From Acidimicrobiia bacterium (GTDB lineage Bacteria; Actinomycetota; Acidimicrobiia; Spongiisociales; JAOTWH01): a DNA stretch of 36,331 nt. The translations under genes were made by a program, and so were the position numbers. Positions 32,628-36,331 of this stretch are shown piece after piece; position 1 is the stretch's first letter, and each line of letters starts with the position of its first letter. The DNA lies in NCBI GenBank assembly GCA_041621915.1, contig JBFJZV010000002.1:1-36331 (forward strand), written 5' to 3'. Below the pieces are notes generated by a model, which was given only the letters and a program-made list of their open reading frames with translations, had not been told where the DNA came from and searched no databases.

Positions 32628-33422
32628 ATGCGCGCCGCAAGTGTTCGGGTGCTGGTGGCGATGGCCGTGGCGGTGGCCGCGTTGGCGGGTTGGGCGCCCG
32701 CCGCGGTGGCCGGCGACGAGGTCGGCCTCGTGGATGTCAACACCGGCCACTGGAGGCTGCAGACCGATGGCGGCGGCGTGGTCCGGTTCACGTACGGCAA
32801 CCCCGGCGACGTGCCCGTGGTGGGCGACTGGGACGGCGACGGCGACCAGACGGCCGGCATGTACCGGCAGTCCGACGGTTTCTTCTACGCCCGCAACTCC
32901 AACACGACGGGCATCGCCGACGTCGAGTGCTTCGCTGGAGACCCCGACGACGTAGCGATCGCCGGCGACTGGGACGGCGACGGCGACGACACCCTCGGCA
33001 TCTTCCGGCGGTCCGAGGGCAGGTTCTACCTCTTCAACAAGACCTGCGTCGGCGCCCCGATGGGCGCCGCCGAGATCGAGTTCCCCTTCGGGGACCTCGG
33101 TGACCTGCCGGTGGCCGGCGACTGGGACGGCGACGGCCGGGATGAGGTCGCGGTGCACCGGCCGCCGCACACGTTGTACTACCGCAACACGCTCGATGCG
33201 GGCCCGGCAGACGGCCAGTTCACGTTCGCGGACCCCGGCGACTGGTTCGTCGCGGGGGACTGGGGCCCGGTCGACGGCGTGGACACGCCGGCTATCTGGC
33301 GCATCCGACAGGGATGGTTCGACGTATGGCACACGCTCGCGCAGTCGGCGGAGCCGGACGAGCGGATCGACTTCTTCGTGCCCGGCACGCAGCGGCCGGT
33401 GGCGGGGGAGTTCGGCCTGTAG
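32628..33422 (+). CDS. secreted stand-alone FG-GAP/VCBS-like 'GDWDGDG' repeat-module protein
   Basis: GGAAGGGAG lies upstream of ATG 32628. The signal peptide ends in AAVAG. Five repeats run from VGLVDVNTGHWRL to the C-terminal PVAGEFGL, with no additional domain. Confidence 0.85.
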   Translation: MRAASVRVLVAMAVAVAALAGWAPAAVAGDEVGLVDVNTGHWRLQTDGGGVVRFTYGNPGDVPVVGDWDGDGDQTAGMYRQSDGFFYARNSNTTGIADVECFAGDPDDVAIAGDWDGDGDDTLGIFRRSEGRFYLFNKTCVGAPMGAAEIEFPFGDLGDLPVAGDWDGDGRDEVAVHRPPHTLYYRNTLDAGPADGQFTFADPGDWFVAGDWGPVDGVDTPAIWRIRQGWFDVWHTLAQSAEPDERIDFFVPGTQRPVAGEFGL

Positions 33423-33464
33423 CCCTATGCTTTGAGCTCGTCGAGTGCCGGGTAGTTGGCCCTT

Positions 33465-34304
33465 ATGGATCGAGAAGCTTGCACGGTCGCCGTGATCCCC
33501 GCCGCCGGGCGGGGCACTCGCATGCGGCCCGCCACGAACGCCGTGCCGAAGGCGCTCCTGCCCGTTGTCGATCGGCCGGCGATCGACTACGTCGTCCAGG
33601 AGGCCGCCGCCGCCGGCGCCACCGAGATCGTGCTCGTCGTGGATCCCGAAGGCCGGGGTCTCATCCGCCAGCACTTCGCCGCCAGCGACTTCGGGCCCGA
33701 CGTCGAGCTCTCGGGCGTCGTGCAGGGGGAGCCGCTCGGGCTGGGCGACGCCATTCTGCAGTCGGCCGACCGTGTAGCCGGCCGCCCGTTCATGTGCCTG
33801 CTGGCCGACAACATCGCTCGTCCCGACGCGGACCTCATGGGCCCGTTGCTCGATGCTTTCGACGGCTCCAGCGTGGTTGCCCTCAACGAAGTGGAGGGCG
33901 ACGAGGTCGACCGGTACGGCATCGTCGCCGTGGACCGGTGGCGGGCTCCCGGCGTCGCAGAGCTCCGCGGCGCGATCGAGAAGCCGGGCGCCGATCGGGC
34001 GCCCTCCAACCTGGCGCTGGTGGGGCGGTACGTGTTCGCCGCCGAGGTGCTCGACGTGCTCGCCGGGCTCGAGCCCGGCCACGGCGGCGAGATCCAACTC
34101 ACCGACGCCATCGACCGGCTGGCCCGTGACGGCCGTTGCCTGGGCGCCGTGGTCCCGCCCGGGCTGCTCGACATGGGACGCCCGATCGGGCTGCTCGAGG
34201 CGTCAACGGTCATCGGCCTGCACGATGACGAGCTGCGCGACGACTACCTCGCGATCATCGATCGGGAGCGCCGCCGGGCTAGCGCGGCGGGTCGCACTCG
34301 GTAG
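33465..34304 (+). CDS. galU: UTP--glucose-1-phosphate uridylyltransferase
   Basis: Family motifs are VIPAAGRGTRMRPATNAVPKALLPVVDRP, GEPLGLGDAIL, EKPG..APSNLALVGRYVF and GGEIQLTDAI. Start is ATG 33465 (alternative TTG 33456). Confidence 0.85.
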   Translation: MDREACTVAVIPAAGRGTRMRPATNAVPKALLPVVDRPAIDYVVQEAAAAGATEIVLVVDPEGRGLIRQHFAASDFGPDVELSGVVQGEPLGLGDAILQSADRVAGRPFMCLLADNIARPDADLMGPLLDAFDGSSVVALNEVEGDEVDRYGIVAVDRWRAPGVAELRGAIEKPGADRAPSNLALVGRYVFAAEVLDVLAGLEPGHGGEIQLTDAIDRLARDGRCLGAVVPPGLLDMGRPIGLLEASTVIGLHDDELRDDYLAIIDRERRRASAAGRTR

Positions 34305-34333
34305 CAGCGGGCTCGACCGTATCCTCGCCGACC

Positions 34334-35212
34334 GTGGGACATTCGCGCAGGAGATGGAACCGGACGGCCGCTACGGCGCTCCTCGCGCTTGCGCTCGGAA
34401 CGAGCGGCACCGCGGCCGCCCAGCCGCTGTCGATGGAGGTCCAGAGCAACGGCACCGCCGTAGCCACGGTGAGTGTGACCAGCAGTGGCGTAGCCACCCT
34501 CACGGCGAGCCCCTCGCCCGTTGCCGTGTCGTTCGACCCCGTCCGGGGCGGCCCGGGCGACTGGCAGTCGTCGATGATCGTGCGCGGCAACGGCGCCGCC
34601 CCTGGCGACTACGCCTTCCGGGTGACGGTGAACGGCGACGACGGCGCCACGACCGGATTCGACGTGGCCATCCGCGTCAACCCCGCGCCGACCTCGACCA
34701 TCGCTCCGACCACGACCACCGCTCCGACCACGACCGCCGCATCGACGACGACCGGCGCGCCCACCACGACACGTCCGGCGGCGAGCGCCGGGACGAGCGC
34801 AACGACGTCGCCCACCACCACCACCACCACCAGCACCTCCTCCACCTCCTCCACCTCCACCTCCACCTCCACCTCCACCACCGCGCCGGCGTCGACAGCC
34901 GCAGCCCCAGGCACGATCGGCACGACGCCCTCCACCTCGACGACGTCGGCACCGGCGGCGAGCCCCGATACCAGCGCGCCAATCCCCGACACCGTCTCGC
35001 CGGACACCCGGCCTTCCGCCGCCGCACCTCCCGGGAGCGGGCGTGGCGGGCCTCCTGCCGCGCCGCTCACCCTCGCCGTCGTTGGCGGTGCCCTCCTCGT
35101 GGCCGGCGCGACCGGGTACCTGCTCCGGAGGCGGCCCCGGGTGGCCGGTGTCGCCCTGCCCTCGCGGGTCGTGCAGGTCGTGCCGCGCGCCCGCCGCCGC
35201 GCGATCGGCTGA
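34334..35212 (+). CDS. secreted Ser/Thr/Pro-rich protein with C-terminal membrane anchor
   Basis: GTG at 34334. The N-terminal signal is SRRRWNRTAATALLALALGTSGTAAA. A roughly 90-aa folded region is followed by a long T/S/P/A tract, then LTLAVVGGALLVAGATGYLL and a basic tail RRRPR. Confidence 0.7.
   Translation: MGHSRRRWNRTAATALLALALGTSGTAAAQPLSMEVQSNGTAVATVSVTSSGVATLTASPSPVAVSFDPVRGGPGDWQSSMIVRGNGAAPGDYAFRVTVNGDDGATTGFDVAIRVNPAPTSTIAPTTTTAPTTTAASTTTGAPTTTRPAASAGTSATTSPTTTTTTSTSSTSSTSTSTSTSTTAPASTAAAPGTIGTTPSTSTTSAPAASPDTSAPIPDTVSPDTRPSAAAPPGSGRGGPPAAPLTLAVVGGALLVAGATGYLLRRRPRVAGVALPSRVVQVVPRARRRAIG
34811..34882 (+). repeat. trinucleotide/hexanucleotide microsatellite inside the CDS ((CCA)n then (CCTCCA)n)
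   Basis: Read directly: cccaccaccaccaccaccaccagc followed by acctcctccacctcctccacctccacctccacctccacctccaccacc. This encodes TTTTTTSTSSTSSTSTSTSTSTT. Confidence 0.85.
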
Positions 35213-35277
35213 AGGCGACCTCTCCCGGACCGGCCACCCGGCGCGCGTGCCGCGGCATCCCGCCCGAGGCGATCCAG

Positions 35278-35819
35278 GTGTCGTTCGACACCTACTCCAG
35301 CGACGGCATCGTGGGCCTCATCCCCGTGCTGTCCTACGCCCGCATGGCGGGCTTCGGCCACGATGCCGGCGACGTGGAGGACCTCGGCGTCATGCTGCTG
35401 CCGGCCGGGTCGGTCGACGCCCCGTCCGCCTCCTTGCCGCCGGCCGGCTACCTCGAGACCTGAAGGCGGCCGCCGAGTTGCAGCATCGCATCGTCGACAT
35501 CGTCGGCTACGGCTGGACGCCGAGCTGGAGCCAGCCCGGCGGCATGACGTTCGAGAACGGCGGTGTCCGCAACGCCGGCACCTCGAAGATCAAAGGCTTC
35601 GGCAAGGGTTGGGTGCGCTATCAGCAGAACGCCGACGGCAACGGCACCGGCTCGGGCGTGTGCGTTGGGGACTCCGGCTCGCCGCAGTTCGACCGGGGCA
35701 CGTCCGTGGCGATTTCGGTCACCAGCACCGGCGACCGCCAATGCCGCGCCCACGCAACCGGGTACCGGCTCGACACGCCGCAGGCGCGGGACTTCCTCGC
35801 CGAGTACCTAGTGTTCTGA
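35278..35819 (+). pseudogene. trypsin-like (S1) serine protease remnant, frameshifted and lacking the His-containing N-terminal region
   Basis: Frame 1 gives VSFDTY..GDVEDLGVMLLPAGSVDAPSASLPPAGYLET and stops at 35461-63. The frame shifted by -1 continues LKAAAELQHRIVDIVGYGWT..GVCVGDSGSPQF..YRLDTPQARDFLAEY to 35819. The Asp-to-Ser spacing of about 98 aa fits the S1 fold. No TAAHC-type His motif or signal peptide is found upstream, because the previous gene ends at 35212. Confidence 0.55.
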
Positions 35820-36064
35820 GCCGTCAGTCCGTGCTGACTTCGCCGAGTCATCGGCGTTTCTGGCTAGGACGCACGACGAAGGCGCATCGGTGGATGCGTC
35901 GAGGCGGAGGACGCCGCCAGGGGGGTCGAGGGCCGGCGAAATTCTGGTGCATGACCTGCGACTCGGGGCACGCTGCCGTAGCGCGGTCAGCCAGCCAGGT
36001 CGGCCGACACGAGGTCACTTCGGCCACGCCGACGGGCAGCGTCAGATGGTTGTGACGGCGTGCG

Positions 36065-36331
36065 TCAGCCCGTGCGCAGCTCGCGGGCGATGATCGTGCG
36101 CTGGATCTCCGACGTGCCCTCGTAGATGCGGGGCGCCCGCACCTCCCGGTACAGGTGCTCCAGCAGGTGGCCGCGCTCGAGCGCGCGAGCGCCGTGGATC
36201 TGCACCGCCGCGTCGACGACGAACTGGGCGGTCTCGGTGGCGTGAAGCTTCGCCATGGCCGACGCGGAGGTCACCCCCGGGTGGCCGCCGTCGTAGGTGG
36301 CCGCCGCCCGGTACACGAGCATCCGGGCTGC
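36065..36331 (-). CDS. acyl-CoA dehydrogenase, C-terminal part; 5' end lies outside the window
   Basis: The sequence is AKLHATETAQFVVDAAVQIHGARALERGHLLEHLYREVRAPRIYEGTSEIQRTIIAREL, which matches the ACAD C-terminal helical domain signature (IYEGTxEIQ). The frame is open to the window edge. Confidence 0.85.
   Translation of the reverse strand, partial: AARMLVYRAAATYDGGHPGVTSASAMAKLHATETAQFVVDAAVQIHGARALERGHLLEHLYREVRAPRIYEGTSEIQRTIIARELRTG

Noticed and set aside
32514-34097. Upstream part of the 669-aa minus ORF 32088..34097
   Set aside because: It is antisense to the stand-alone repeat-module gene and to galU, both well supported. Only the last roughly 141 codons look like genuine protein.
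35440-35470. Programmed ribosomal frameshift in the S1 protease-like gene
   Set aside because: There is no obvious slippery heptamer or downstream structure at the junction. The gene also lacks its His-containing N-terminal region, so simple decay or an indel is more parsimonious.
35820-36064. 245-bp gap between convergent genes: track ORF 35890..36093 (67 aa), a 34-codon ORF starting at 35951, and small hairpins (GTCAG/CTGAC 35823-38; CGCATC/GATGCG 35883-35898)
   Set aside because: The ORFs are short, lack an SD or any recognisable motif, and one runs into the acyl-CoA dehydrogenase stop. The hairpins have only 5-6 bp stems. I cannot support a gene, tRNA or sRNA call here by eye.
1-36331. 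Search for mobile elements, integrases, tRNA/rRNA genes and CRISPR arrays
   Set aside because: I saw no transposase or integrase-like translation in any frame, no long terminal inverted repeats, no tRNA-like cloverleaf signatures (GGTTCGAnnCC-type T-arms) and no regularly spaced direct repeats. GC content and codon bias look uniform apart from short promoter-like AT-rich patches, so there is no evidence of a recently acquired island.

Overview
This is a very GC-rich, Actinomycetota-like chromosomal segment in which third codon positions are almost always G/C. It is densely packed with about 36 protein-coding genes on both strands. I recognised no rRNA, tRNA, CRISPR array, transposase or integrase. 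Many long ORFs in the six-frame track are GC-driven shadow frames, either Arg/Pro/Gly-rich or antisense or out of frame to a real gene, and several real genes are only the downstream part of a longer track ORF. I re-derived starts from Shine-Dalgarno motifs, signal peptides and family N-termini.

The theme is secreted, cell-envelope and proteolysis functions: an M28 aminopeptidase, an M3 oligopeptidase, a serpin lipoprotein, a ceramidase-like membrane protein, a CE4 deacetylase, an L,D-transpeptidase, an LCP ligase, GalU, several lipoproteins and an S1 protease remnant. Mixed in are housekeeping-type enzymes (ALDH, Gfo/Idh/MocA, acyl-CoA dehydrogenase, EamA transporter, methyltransferase, GNAT, cupin).

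The most notable observations are:
1. A ResA/TlpA-like thioredoxin-fold gene has its catalytic Cys codon replaced by an in-frame TGA followed by a hairpin. It is a candidate selenoprotein with motif W-A-S-W-U-G-C, and the ORF track splits it into two ORFs. It heads an apparent operon with a carbamoyltransferase and an SGNH-like protein.
2. Four paralogous secreted proteins share a roughly 230-aa FG-GAP/VCBS-like 'FGxPGD-x4-GDWDGDGxDT' repeat module. It is fused to CE4 deacetylase, spondin_N or L,D-transpeptidase domains, or stands alone. A cysteine pair co-varies across the paralogs.
3. A radical-SAM A2503 rRNA methyltransferase looks Cfr-like rather than like housekeeping RlmN.
4. A rifampicin-phosphotransferase-like PEP-utilising enzyme sits next to a membrane protein and a divergent TetR gene, with an AT-rich TGCA-repeat promoter/operator region between them.
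5. An orphan MbtH-like gene sits immediately downstream of an LCP gene.
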